NCBI GenBank assembly: GCA_046050355.1
Contig: JBJOPW010000002.1
Location: 43,853-107,852 of the forward strand
Length of the DNA stretch: 64,000 bases
Origin: Candidatus Parcubacteria bacterium
GTDB taxonomy: Bacteria > Patescibacteriota > Minisyncoccia > Phycocordibacterales > UBA918
Reading direction: 5' to 3'
Both the position numbers and the translations under genes were made by a program. The notes under the pieces were generated by a model that was given only the letters and a program-made list of their open reading frames with translations, searched no databases and had not been told where the DNA came from. Positions 15,740-24,766 of the stretch are shown here, piece after piece. The first letter of the stretch is position 1, and each line of letters begins with the position of its first letter.

Positions 15740-17128
15740 ATGACCTATCCGCTTGCTCTCCAGTACGAAAAAGCTTTTAAAGATGCTGATATCCGTGGCA
15801 TCTATCCAAAAGAGATAAATGAAGGACTGGTATATGCCGTTGCTCGCGCGTTCGTTGAGGAGTTTGCCTATACCAAGGTGGTAGTCGGGCGGGACATGCG
15901 TCTGTCTTCGCCCGAGCTCCATACTGCCTTTGTCTCTGGTGTGCGCGACGCGGGAGCGGATGTGATTGACGTGGGGATGGTCGCGACCCCGCAGCTCTAC
16001 TTTGCCTCCGGGTCTATGAATCTCCCTGGCGTGATGATTACTGCCTCACATAGTCCCGCTGCGTACAATGGACTCAAGCTCGTGCACGCTGAGGCGATAC
16101 CACTCACGAAGCGCAATGGTCTCACCCAAATTCTCAAACGGGTGAAGCGAGGGCAGTGGACGAAGCCAGCAAAAAAAGGAAAGTTCCAGAAAAAGAATAT
16201 CGACGCTGGGTACCAAAAGCGAGTGCTGGCCGGTATCAAGCCAAAGCACTATGCGGGTCTGCGTATCGCAACCGATATTGGCAACGGGATGGCGCATGAT
16301 ATCGTGCCACTCCTCGCAGCGAAGCTTCCAATCAAGTTTGATACTATCTTTGCTCGCCGTGATGGTCGTTTTCCTAACCGGGACTCTGATCCCAATCTTC
16401 GCGAAAATCAAGCAGCGCTTGATGACAAAATTGACCACGGTCATTTTGATTTTGGGATTTCTTTTGACGGGGACGCTGACCGCATTGCGTTTCTTGATGA
16501 ACACGGCAACTACGTCAACAGTGCGGCGATAGGAGCTCTTATTGCGAAGCGTATGTTGGCGCGCGAGCCAAAAGCGAAGATTGCTTCCACGAATCTCAAT
16601 AGCCGTATTTATGATGAGACTATCAAAGCTGCTGGTGGGAAGGTGGTGATGGCCCGCACCGGACATACCTTTGTGAAAGAAGCGATGCGAAAGCATCAGG
16701 CGGTGTTTGGCTGTGAGTACTCGGGACACTTCTTCTTCCGCGACTTTTTCTATACTGATTCGGAAGTACTCACCTTACGCGAGGTCCTTGATGCTTACGT
16801 GGAGGCGAAGGCAGCGGGGCAGACCTTTGGCGAGATGATGGCGCCGTATCTCGTGTACCACCAGACTGAGGATATTGTGATCAAGGTCGCCGACAAAGAC
16901 ATCGCGATGGCGAAAGTACATGAGTATCTGGTGTCTCTCAAACCAAAGACGCTCAAGAAATTTGACGGCTACTTTGTTGATTTTGGTGATGTCTGGGGCG
17001 CGGTCAAAATGAGTGTGACCGAGTACGGGGTGAAGCTCATGTTTGAATCTACGAGCAAAGCCAAAGCGGTAAAGCTCCAAAAGCAGATTGCGACGTTTGT
17101 GAAGTCGGTGGCGAAGGAGAGTTGTTGA
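15740..17128 (+). CDS. Phosphomannomutase/phosphoglucomutase-family phosphohexomutase.
   Basis: TASHSPAAYNG active-site Ser loop and GISFDGDADR metal-binding loop. Start trimmed to the ATG at 15740. Confidence 0.8.
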   Translation: MTYPLALQYEKAFKDADIRGIYPKEINEGLVYAVARAFVEEFAYTKVVVGRDMRLSSPELHTAFVSGVRDAGADVIDVGMVATPQLYFASGSMNLPGVMITASHSPAAYNGLKLVHAEAIPLTKRNGLTQILKRVKRGQWTKPAKKGKFQKKNIDAGYQKRVLAGIKPKHYAGLRIATDIGNGMAHDIVPLLAAKLPIKFDTIFARRDGRFPNRDSDPNLRENQAALDDKIDHGHFDFGISFDGDADRIAFLDEHGNYVNSAAIGALIAKRMLAREPKAKIASTNLNSRIYDETIKAAGGKVVMARTGHTFVKEAMRKHQAVFGCEYSGHFFFRDFFYTDSEVLTLREVLDAYVEAKAAGQTFGEMMAPYLVYHQTEDIVIKVADKDIAMAKVHEYLVSLKPKTLKKFDGYFVDFGDVWGAVKMSVTEYGVKLMFESTSKAKAVKLQKQIATFVKSVAKESC

Positions 17129-17150
17129 ATTTCAATAAATATAATCGACC

Positions 17151-17702
17151 ATGAAACAGCTCACATTTATCACTGGCAACCCAAACAAAGTTAAGCAACT
17201 AGAGCTTTATCTCAAGTTCCCGGTGGAGTACCGGGCAATTGATTTGCCCGAAATCCAAAGCCTCGATTTGGAAACGGTCGCGGTAGCAAAAGCGCAGGCG
17301 GCTTATGCGATTCACAAAGCGCCGGTGCTGATTGAAGATATTGGGCTGTCGTTTTCGGCGTTGGGCGGCCTCCCTGGTCCGTTTGTAAAGTGGTTCCTCG
17401 AAACGGTTGGTAACGAAGGTATGTGCCGCATGCTCGACAGCTATCAGGATCGCACAGCTATCGGAGCCGTCTGCTATGTCTTGTGTGACGAGCATGGACA
17501 CCAAGTGTTCACCGCTGCGCGAGAGGGGACTATTGCCATGACCCCGCGTGGCCCGAGTTACTTTGGTTGGAATCCGATTTTCATCCCTAAAGGGGAAACA
17601 AACACCTATGCCGAGATGTCGCCAGAAAAAGAACAGGCAACTTCACTCCGCCGAACAGCTATTGGCAAGCTTCAGACGTATCTCGACGCCAATTACCAGT
17701 GA
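17151..17702 (+). CDS. rdgB: Non-canonical purine NTP pyrophosphatase (RdgB/Ham1 ITPase).
   Basis: FITGNPNK N-terminus and FGWNPIF motif. Confidence 0.8.
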   Translation: MKQLTFITGNPNKVKQLELYLKFPVEYRAIDLPEIQSLDLETVAVAKAQAAYAIHKAPVLIEDIGLSFSALGGLPGPFVKWFLETVGNEGMCRMLDSYQDRTAIGAVCYVLCDEHGHQVFTAAREGTIAMTPRGPSYFGWNPIFIPKGETNTYAEMSPEKEQATSLRRTAIGKLQTYLDANYQ

Positions 17703-17760
17703 CAGGTCGCCCTTAGGGGCGGCTTTTGTTTGGTAGTAGCTGACAACATCACAGTTGCCG

Positions 17761-18105
17761 CTATTTAATTTTGTCCCCAATAGCGATATGGAAGTGGAGA
17801 TGAGGTGTGTCTTGCCACTTACCAATATTTGTTAGTAATTGTACTCCTTTATTCTGAAGCTCTTCTTCTGGTATGGTACGAATAATATCTCGGGCAACGG
17901 TGAGAATTTCTTCATATAAAGAAGTGTCAGTTACATGACGAATATCCCAAATATGCTCTTTAGGAATTATGACTATATGTTTTTCCCAAAACGGTTTGGT
18001 ATGGTAGTACGCTAATATGCGATCGCTTTCAAACACCTTTTCAATATCCGCATCTTGCTTGAGGGCTACATCGCAATAAAAATCGAAGTCATCGGGATTA
18101 CTCAT
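17761..18105 (-). CDS. HIT-family hydrolase.
   Basis: Histidine triad HLHFHI near the C-terminus. 114 aa. Confidence 0.75.
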   Translation of the reverse strand: MSNPDDFDFYCDVALKQDADIEKVFESDRILAYYHTKPFWEKHIVIIPKEHIWDIRHVTDTSLYEEILTVARDIIRTIPEEELQNKGVQLLTNIGKWQDTPHLHFHIAIGDKIK

Positions 18106-18182
18106 TAAAAAATTATAGCAGGTTTGTCTGCCTGCTAGGGATAAGGGTGAAAGTTAGTCGTGGGAGATAAAAAGAAACCGCC

Positions 18183-18935
18183 TTAGGGAGGGTCGGTTTC
18201 AGGAGGGGCAAGTTTTGCCCAGCGTGTGATAGCATCGTCGCAATGCTTGATCGCCACTTTGTTGCCAGCATCAGCTTGAGTGCGATTGCTGCTTTGGTCG
18301 AGCCACAGACGGGCGGTAGCGACCGGCAACCCCTTCTCGACTAGCCAGTCAAGACAGCCTGGGTCGACATCCACGTAGATTTCAGACAGACGACTGTGGA
18401 ACAGCGAGTCTGCCTGAGCGATATCCCCTCGGTCGAGGAAGATCGATACGACGAGGGTGTCGTACTGTCTACCATCCTGGTAGAAGAGAACGATCAACTC
18501 TTCCGCAGAAATGGGCGAATACTGCTCAAAAGCTTCCAAGAGCAGTTGACGGTTCTCGCCTTTGGGAAGTTTTTCCCAAAGCAGCTGCGCAATTTCAAGC
18601 AGGGCTGGATTCAGAACACCGTTGATTTGCGTCAGCAGGAGTACGTCTCGGACGGGGTGGCGCAACCCACGGAAGGTGGCAGGGATTCCAACCAAGTGAG
18701 CCAACTCGGCCCACTTTTCCAAGAGTGCCGCCACGACTGCGGTGAGGATGTTTGCTCGATCAGTTTCGGGCAGGTTGCTCACAGCAATGTGCTGAAAAGC
18801 CCGTCGGCATGGTGTAGCTTCGTAATCCGTGAGATTCTTGAAGTCTTTGGACAGATTCCGGTCGATGCCGAAGAAGTCCGTCCAGTCCTTTTGGGTGGCA
18901 GTGATTGCATCAAAGTCCATCGTCGTCTCCAGCAA
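18183..18935 (-). CDS. Hypothetical protein (250 aa), GC-elevated.
   Basis: Long protein-like ORF followed on its strand by a terminator hairpin at 18149-18178 plus a U-run. The overlapping plus-strand ORF 18396-19163 was judged less protein-like. Confidence 0.45.
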   Translation of the reverse strand: MLETTMDFDAITATQKDWTDFFGIDRNLSKDFKNLTDYEATPCRRAFQHIAVSNLPETDRANILTAVVAALLEKWAELAHLVGIPATFRGLRHPVRDVLLLTQINGVLNPALLEIAQLLWEKLPKGENRQLLLEAFEQYSPISAEELIVLFYQDGRQYDTLVVSIFLDRGDIAQADSLFHSRLSEIYVDVDPGCLDWLVEKGLPVATARLWLDQSSNRTQADAGNKVAIKHCDDAITRWAKLAPPETDPP

Positions 18936-19010
18936 AGATCGGTGCGTGACCTACGCAGCAAGGGAACATTCCGTGCCAGCTTACAATATAAACAAATCTC
19001 GTCAATGGAG

Positions 19011-19222
19011 AGGCGGCTACCGGAAGGAATTGGTCACAGGTTACTAAGCTTTTTATTTCGCTTTGCTCATAAAAATCTAAGTACCCGCGACCCCGCCTCG
19101 GCCGTTTTATTTCTAGAAAGAAATAAAACATGCCTGCGACTTTCAATTCCCGGACGCAAGTGATACTAATCACTTGCTTAGCCGCCCCAATATAAAAGAC
19201 CCCAAAAAGGGGTCCTTTATAT
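19011..19222 (-). mobile_element. Composite non-coding element downstream of tRNA-His, bounded by a direct repeat of the tRNA 3' end.
   Basis: Partial direct repeat GGCGGCTACCGG.A..GGAATTGG at 19013-19034. Conserved-loop hairpin (minus sense ATTTTTAT[GAGCAAAGCGAA]ATAAAAA) at 19049-19077. Palindromic hairpins 19106-19129 and 19157-19178. Inverted copy of the tRNA 3' end (TAGCCGCCCCAATAT) at 19179-19195. Terminator hairpin 19196-19218. Confidence 0.5.
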
Positions 19223-19298
19223 TGGGGCGGCTACCGGGAATTGAACCCGAATTGAGAGTTCCACAAACTCCAGTAATAACCATTATACCATAGCCGCC
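19223..19298 (-). tRNA. tRNA-His (anticodon GTG) with encoded G-1 and CCA.
   Basis: Reverse complement GGCGGCTA...anticodon arm GGAGT-TTGTGGA-ACTCT, T-arm TCGGG-TTCAATT-CCCGG, 3' end TAGCCGCC-C-CCA. The extra 5' G pairing with C73 is His-specific. Confidence 0.85.
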
Positions 19299-19422
19299 AG
19301 ATTGGTCACGCAAGTAGGGAGTTACTCGCGTGACCACTGTTATACCTATTTTTTCGGAAAAAGTCGAGTCCGCAACCCGCGACTAGCTATTAGATTGATA
19401 TTTTGTATACTGAAAGGTATCT

Positions 19423-19518
19423 ATGGATCAAGAGACACTTTTAATCGCTATCTTCTTCACCTTTATGATCGGGGCGGGGATTGGTTTTTACGTGACCAAA
19501 GCCATTATTGGTGTATGA
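19423..19518 (+). CDS. Small hydrophobic peptide (31 aa, single TM) overlapping the start of the YibE/F gene.
   Basis: MDQETLLIAIFFTFMIGAGIGFYVTKAIIGV. TATACT -10-like box and a GAAAGG Shine-Dalgarno upstream. TGA overlaps the ATG of the next gene (ATGA). Confidence 0.35.
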   Translation: MDQETLLIAIFFTFMIGAGIGFYVTKAIIGV

Positions 19519-20645
19519 GGCACTGGTTGCTCACACTGGCGACATTCCTCATCCTCTGTAGCGGCAGTAGCGTTGCCTTAGCCCAAGAAGTACACCAAGA
19601 ACTCCAAGAGACAGTTCGAGCGGAGGTGCTTGAGATAGTAAAAGCCTACGACCGGGATATTATGGGTACCGGAGCGACCACCACCGTGCAGGAACTGCGC
19701 GCCAAGCTCCTCTCGGGAAGTAAGGCGGGGGAGGTGGTCCGCTTTGAAAACGACCTCATGGTCCTCGCGGTCGGGGACAAAATATTTGTTAATCGACTGG
19801 TATCAATTGAAGGTGAGGAATACTACATCTTTAAAGATATTGAACGACGACCGCAGCTCCTTATTTTGGCGGTTCTCCTTTCGGTCCTGGTGGTAGTGTT
19901 TGCCCGCTGGCAGGGGATACGGGCTATCCTCAGTCTCGCTCTCAGTGTGGTCGCTATTCTCTTTTTGTTGGTGCCGGCACTCCTTGCGGGGTACGATCCG
20001 GCGCTCGCGAGCTTTGCCATTGCAGCGGTGATTCTCGCGCTCACGCTCTTTTTGACTCATGGGTTTGGTATTTATGTGCGGATTGCGTACTTTGGGACGA
20101 TGGCGGCGGTAGGGGTTACCTGTCTCGTGGCGTGGTTCTCGGTTACGTGGCTCCACCTTACTGGCTTTAGTGCAGACGCGTCGGTGTATCTCAACTTCGC
20201 CACCGGCGGACAGCTTGATCTTGCCGGACTCCTCCTTGGGGGGATTATCATTGGACTCTTAGGGGTGCTTGATGATGTCTCAATTACTCAAGCCTCGGTG
20301 GTGCAGGAACTCCGCCGGGCCAACTCTACTCTTGGGGTTCGTTCGCTCTACGAACGGGGAGTGCGGGTGGGGCGCGATCATGTTGGGTCACTGGTGAATA
20401 CTCTCGCACTCGCGTACGTGGGGACGGCGCTGCCGCTGGTGCTTCTCTATACCCAATCCCAAGCACCGTTCCTTGATATTCTCAATCAAGAGGTAGTGGC
20501 CGCTGAGCTCGTGCGTATTATTGTCGGGAGTATCGGGCTCGTGCTCGCGGTGCCGTTTACTACCTTGGTGGCCGCTTACTACTTTTCACGGCATGAAATT
20601 GACAACAACTTGTCCACAACGCACAGCCATCACCATCACCATTAG
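19515..20645 (+). CDS. YibE/F-family integral membrane protein with a C-terminal His5 tail.
   Basis: Multiple TM helices with YibE/F-like architecture. The long ORF from 19302 was trimmed to MRHWLLTLATF. Confidence 0.65.
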   Translation: MRHWLLTLATFLILCSGSSVALAQEVHQELQETVRAEVLEIVKAYDRDIMGTGATTTVQELRAKLLSGSKAGEVVRFENDLMVLAVGDKIFVNRLVSIEGEEYYIFKDIERRPQLLILAVLLSVLVVVFARWQGIRAILSLALSVVAILFLLVPALLAGYDPALASFAIAAVILALTLFLTHGFGIYVRIAYFGTMAAVGVTCLVAWFSVTWLHLTGFSADASVYLNFATGGQLDLAGLLLGGIIIGLLGVLDDVSITQASVVQELRRANSTLGVRSLYERGVRVGRDHVGSLVNTLALAYVGTALPLVLLYTQSQAPFLDILNQEVVAAELVRIIVGSIGLVLAVPFTTLVAAYYFSRHEIDNNLSTTHSHHHHH

Positions 20646-20854
20646 ACTGTGCCCAAAACGTCCTCATACGTTGTTGCGCTTCATTCAGAAACATTCACCG
20701 TATAAAAAATACGACTCATATTTCTTCATTCACGCGCCTAGTCTGAGGGCGTTTTGAACACAGTCATTGTTAGTTGTATAGGGTTTTGTCACTTACTTAA
20801 GAAGCGTATAATAGAGGTACCTTTATTTAATCAGGGTAATTTTAATACAAAGCT

Positions 20855-21244
20855 ATGAAAGGATTTGTTGAAGAGTTCAAAGCCTTCGCCATGCGAGGCA
20901 ATGTCGTCGATTTGGCAGTAGCGGTGGTTATTGGTGCAGCTTTTGGCAAGATCGTCTCATCGCTTGTCGAGAATATTTTTATGCCAGTCATTGGTATTCT
21001 CGTCGGCGGGGTTGATTTTACTGGTTGGGCTCTCAAGGTTGGGGAGGTGAATATTGCCTATGGCGCCTTCCTGCAGAGTGTCTTTGACTTTATCATCGTG
21101 GCTTTTGTCATCTTTATGGTGGTGAAGGGTATGGCAAAGATGAAGAAGGCTGAAGAGGCGGCCCCAGCGAAGCCAGCTGAACCATCAGTCGAAGCAAAGC
21201 TCCTGATGGAAATCCGTGATAGTTTGCGTCACCACCACAACTAA
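20855..21244 (+). CDS. mscL: Large-conductance mechanosensitive channel.
   Basis: [38 protein letters not shown] typical MscL N-terminus. 129 aa. Confidence 0.85.
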   Translation: MKGFVEEFKAFAMRGNVVDLAVAVVIGAAFGKIVSSLVENIFMPVIGILVGGVDFTGWALKVGEVNIAYGAFLQSVFDFIIVAFVIFMVVKGMAKMKKAEEAAPAKPAEPSVEAKLLMEIRDSLRHHHN

Positions 21245-21733
21245 TTAAATGGAATACTCTCAGTAAGGAGTATTGCCACTATAACGGTATAAAACGTACA
21301 AATCGAGTGTCCAACCGGTCACTCGATTTGTTTGTCTCTCTCGCCAAAGTCATAAAACAGTTCTGCAATACGGACTGTCCACTAGTTATCCACATTTAGG
21401 GAGTGACCTAAACTAATCGAGCTATATTTTTCAAGCTTTTCTTCGAAAAGACTCGTCTTTTTACAAGACACCAAAACCACACTATGATAGAGATACCGCA
21501 CGAGTTCTCCAATCGTGCGTGTCGGGGTAATAGACACGCCACGGGCACGCCAATTTTTATGACGTGAACATTGGCCAGCATGTTCTGGTGTGTCTTTATT
21601 TCCCTCAGGTTCTTTACTAAACCCAATCGACTCATTGTATTGTAGTTAGCCGCTCACAAGAAGAGAGTACCACCACAGATTGTGTTTGGATGAGAATAAT
21701 TTATTACCGCTGTCGCCTAACTGTTGTTGTGAT

Positions 21734-23047
21734 ATGGAAATTAAGCAGATAAAAAAGCGTGATGGTTCAATTAAGCCATTTGATATTGGCAAGATCGAGC
21801 ACGCCATCCTCATGGCTCTCTCGGAGACTAATGCTGGGGGGGTGGAGGATGCCAAAAAAGTCGCGACATTGGTTCACCAAAAAGTAGTATCAATGTGTGT
21901 GCAGGCTGGTACGGCTGAAAATGGAGACCCAAAAGCTCAGAAGTGTATCGATGGCTACCCAACGGTAGAAGAGATCCAAGACCTGGTCGAAGCGTCTCTG
22001 ATGGAGCTCAATTACTTTGATACCGCTAAGGCGTACATCATTTATCGCAATGAACGCAAGAAGATGCGCGAGCGCGATATCTTCCGCAAGCGTCAGAACT
22101 TGAAACCCTACGAGTACCCTGAGCTTTACGAGTATGTCGATGCCATTCGTCACTCCTACTGGGTACATACCGAATTTAACTTCACCGGCGATGTGCAGCA
22201 TTTCCATGTGAATGTGAATGATGCCGAGCGTAATGCCATCAAGAACACCATGCTCGCCATCGCGCAGATTGAAGTAGCGGTGAAGAGTTTCTGGGGGGAC
22301 ATCTACAAAAAGATGCCAAAGCCAGAAATTGGGGCAGTGGGATCGACGTTTGCTGAGTCAGAGATTCGTCACACTGATGCCTACTCACACCTGCTTGAAA
22401 TCCTTGGGCTCAACAACGAGTTTGCAAAGATTAAAGATATTCCGGTGATTCAGCAGCGGATGGACTACCTTGATAAGGTGGCAGAACTCTCGCGCACCCA
22501 GGAGAATCGCGAGTACGCCCATGCCATCATGCTCTTCTCGCTCTTTATTGAGCACGTGTCACTGTTCTCACAGTTCCTTATTATGATGTCGTTTAACAAG
22601 CACAAGAACTTGTTTAAGGGTATCAGTAATGCGGTTGAGGCGACGAGTAAAGAAGAAAACCTGCATGGTCTCTTCGGTATTGACGTCATTAACATTATCA
22701 AAGAAGAGCATCCAGAGTGGTTTGATAAGGCCATGCAGGAAGCTATCCTCAAGGCCTGTGAAGAAGCCTATGAAGCTGAAAGCCGTGTGGTGGACTGGAT
22801 CTTCGAAGCTGGAGAATTGGACTTTTTGCCGTCACAGAACGTCAAGGAGTTTATCAAGAATCGTCTCAATAACTCGCTTGCAGCGATTGGCATGCCTCGG
22901 CACTTTGAGGTGAGTGAGGCCCTCCTTGAAGAAACTGATTGGTTTGACAATGAAGTGATTGCCACGAAGCATGTCGACTTCTTTGATAAGCGTTCAATCA
23001 ATTACAACAAACGCGCCGCCAGTGTTACCAGTGAAGATTTATTCTAG
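21734..23047 (+). CDS. nrdB: Ribonucleotide reductase small (radical-generating) subunit NrdB with an N-terminal ATP-cone domain.
   Basis: MEIKQIKKRDGSIKPFDIGKIEHAIL is an ATP-cone, followed by a ferritin-like R2 core with E..H iron-ligand pairs. Start at the ATG at 21734. Confidence 0.8.
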   Translation: MEIKQIKKRDGSIKPFDIGKIEHAILMALSETNAGGVEDAKKVATLVHQKVVSMCVQAGTAENGDPKAQKCIDGYPTVEEIQDLVEASLMELNYFDTAKAYIIYRNERKKMRERDIFRKRQNLKPYEYPELYEYVDAIRHSYWVHTEFNFTGDVQHFHVNVNDAERNAIKNTMLAIAQIEVAVKSFWGDIYKKMPKPEIGAVGSTFAESEIRHTDAYSHLLEILGLNNEFAKIKDIPVIQQRMDYLDKVAELSRTQENREYAHAIMLFSLFIEHVSLFSQFLIMMSFNKHKNLFKGISNAVEATSKEENLHGLFGIDVINIIKEEHPEWFDKAMQEAILKACEEAYEAESRVVDWIFEAGELDFLPSQNVKEFIKNRLNNSLAAIGMPRHFEVSEALLEETDWFDNEVIATKHVDFFDKRSINYNKRAASVTSEDLF

Positions 23048-23077
23048 TTTGTCGCGCAGCTGACTTAATTTCCGTTT

Positions 23078-24766
23078 ATGCAAAAGAATGTACCGTGGAG
23101 TTGGATTAATGAAAATACGCGTGCGTTCATGTCACGTGGCTACCTCGTTGATGGACAGACGACCGAAGAACGAGTGCGGGCGATTGGTGAACATGCCGAA
23201 AAAATCCTCGGCCAAAAAGGCTTTGCGGATAAGTTCGAAAAGTACATGAGTCTCGGATGGATTTCACTCGCAACGCCGGTCTGGGCGAACTTTGGCCTTA
23301 AGCGCGGGCTTCCTATCAGTTGCTTCGGTTCATACGTAGCTGATGATATGGCGAATATTCTCCATACTCAGGCCGAGGTAGGCATGATGAGTAAGTACGG
23401 TGGGGGATGTTCTGCCTACTTTGGTGACCTTCGCCCGCGGGGGAGTGAAATTACCCAAAACGGTAATTCCTCTGGCCCGGTGCATTTTATGCAACTCTTT
23501 GAAAAGATTCTTGATGTGGTGAGTCAGGGGGCGACCCGCCGTGGTGTGTTTGCTGCCTACTTACCAGTCGAGCATCCCGATATCCTCGAATTCCTCGATA
23601 TTGGTACCGAAGGTAACCCGATTCAAAAAATTAACCATGCGGTCACTGTCACTAATAAGTGGATGGAAGAGATGGTGGCCGGTGACGCCGACAAGCGCGC
23701 TATCTGGGCCAAGGTTATTCAGCGGCGTGGTGAAATTGGGTATCCGTATATTATCTTTATTGATAATGCGAACGATGGTAAGCCAGAAGTCTACAAGGAC
23801 AAAAATCTCCCGATCTACGCGAGTAATGTTTGTAGTGAGATTATGTTGCCAAGTAATCGTGATTGGTCATTTGTGTGCTGTCTCTCGTCTATCAACATCA
23901 TGCACTACGATGATTGGAAGGATACTGATTTGGTGGAAACGATGACGTATTTCCTGGAAGCAGTCATGACCGAGTTCATAAATAAACTCGAAGCCATGCG
24001 TGATCACGAAGATGCTGATAAGCGTCTCGCATTTCGGTTTATGGAACGACCGTACAACTTTGCGGTCGCGAACCGTGCGCTTGGCCTTGGAGTACTTGGG
24101 TACCACTCGTATTTGCAGTCCAAAGGCCTCGCTTTTGAAAGTGATGAAGCGGGTCGCCTGAATACCGAAATCTTCAAGCTCATGCAAGAGCGATCACTCA
24201 AGGCATCAGCCGAGATGGCCAAAGAAATTGGCGAACCAGAGATTCTCAAAGGGTATGGTCGCCGTCATACGACGACGATGGCGATTGCGCCAACTACTTC
24301 GTCAGCCTTTATTCTCGGGCAGGTGTCACAGGGTATTGAGCCGATTTGGTCTAACTGCTACATCAAGGATGTAGCGAAGCTCAAGGTGGTGATTAAGAAC
24401 CCAACTCTCGAAACACTACTTGAAGCTAAGGATAAAAACACCAAAGAAGTCTGGGATAGTATTCGTGATAATGACGGGTCGGTCCAACATCTCGATTTCC
24501 TTAGTGAAGATGAAAAGGCCGTCTTCCGTACATTTGCGGAGATTGATCAGGGTAAGCTTATTGAGCATGCCGCCGAACGCCAGCAGTACATTGATCAAGG
24601 CCAGTCACTAAACGTGATGGTGGCGCCCGATACGCCAGTGAAGGAGATCAACCAGCTCTACCTCAAGGCATGGAAGCAGGGTTGCAAAGCGCTCTACTAC
24701 CAACACAGTATGAATGCTGCGCAGCAGCTGACCCGCAAGAAGATTCAGGAACGAGCCAATAAATAA
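23078..24766 (+). CDS. nrdA: Ribonucleotide reductase catalytic subunit NrdA (class I), no ATP-cone.
   Basis: NVCSEIMLPS catalytic Cys/Glu region and a C-terminal Tyr pair (KALYYQHS). The N-terminus lacks a VxKRDG ATP-cone. Confidence 0.85.
   Translation: MQKNVPWSWINENTRAFMSRGYLVDGQTTEERVRAIGEHAEKILGQKGFADKFEKYMSLGWISLATPVWANFGLKRGLPISCFGSYVADDMANILHTQAEVGMMSKYGGGCSAYFGDLRPRGSEITQNGNSSGPVHFMQLFEKILDVVSQGATRRGVFAAYLPVEHPDILEFLDIGTEGNPIQKINHAVTVTNKWMEEMVAGDADKRAIWAKVIQRRGEIGYPYIIFIDNANDGKPEVYKDKNLPIYASNVCSEIMLPSNRDWSFVCCLSSINIMHYDDWKDTDLVETMTYFLEAVMTEFINKLEAMRDHEDADKRLAFRFMERPYNFAVANRALGLGVLGYHSYLQSKGLAFESDEAGRLNTEIFKLMQERSLKASAEMAKEIGEPEILKGYGRRHTTTMAIAPTTSSAFILGQVSQGIEPIWSNCYIKDVAKLKVVIKNPTLETLLEAKDKNTKEVWDSIRDNDGSVQHLDFLSEDEKAVFRTFAEIDQGKLIEHAAERQQYIDQGQSLNVMVAPDTPVKEINQLYLKAWKQGCKALYYQHSMNAAQQLTRKKIQERANK

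Noticed and set aside
18396-19163. 255-aa plus-strand ORF overlapping the minus-strand 250-aa ORF.
   Set aside because: Arg/Ser/Cys-rich, low-complexity translation. It reads through the terminator hairpin and tRNA-His-derived repeat region. The opposite-strand ORF has a protein-like composition and its own terminator.
21250-21733. Cobalamin riboswitch or NrdR box upstream of nrdB; 75-aa minus-strand ORF 21408-21635.
   Set aside because: No B12-box (GCCACTG-type) or clear NrdR palindrome pairs found by eye. The small ORF has no RBS and a poor composition. Only a strong hairpin after mscL (21296-21340) is evident.
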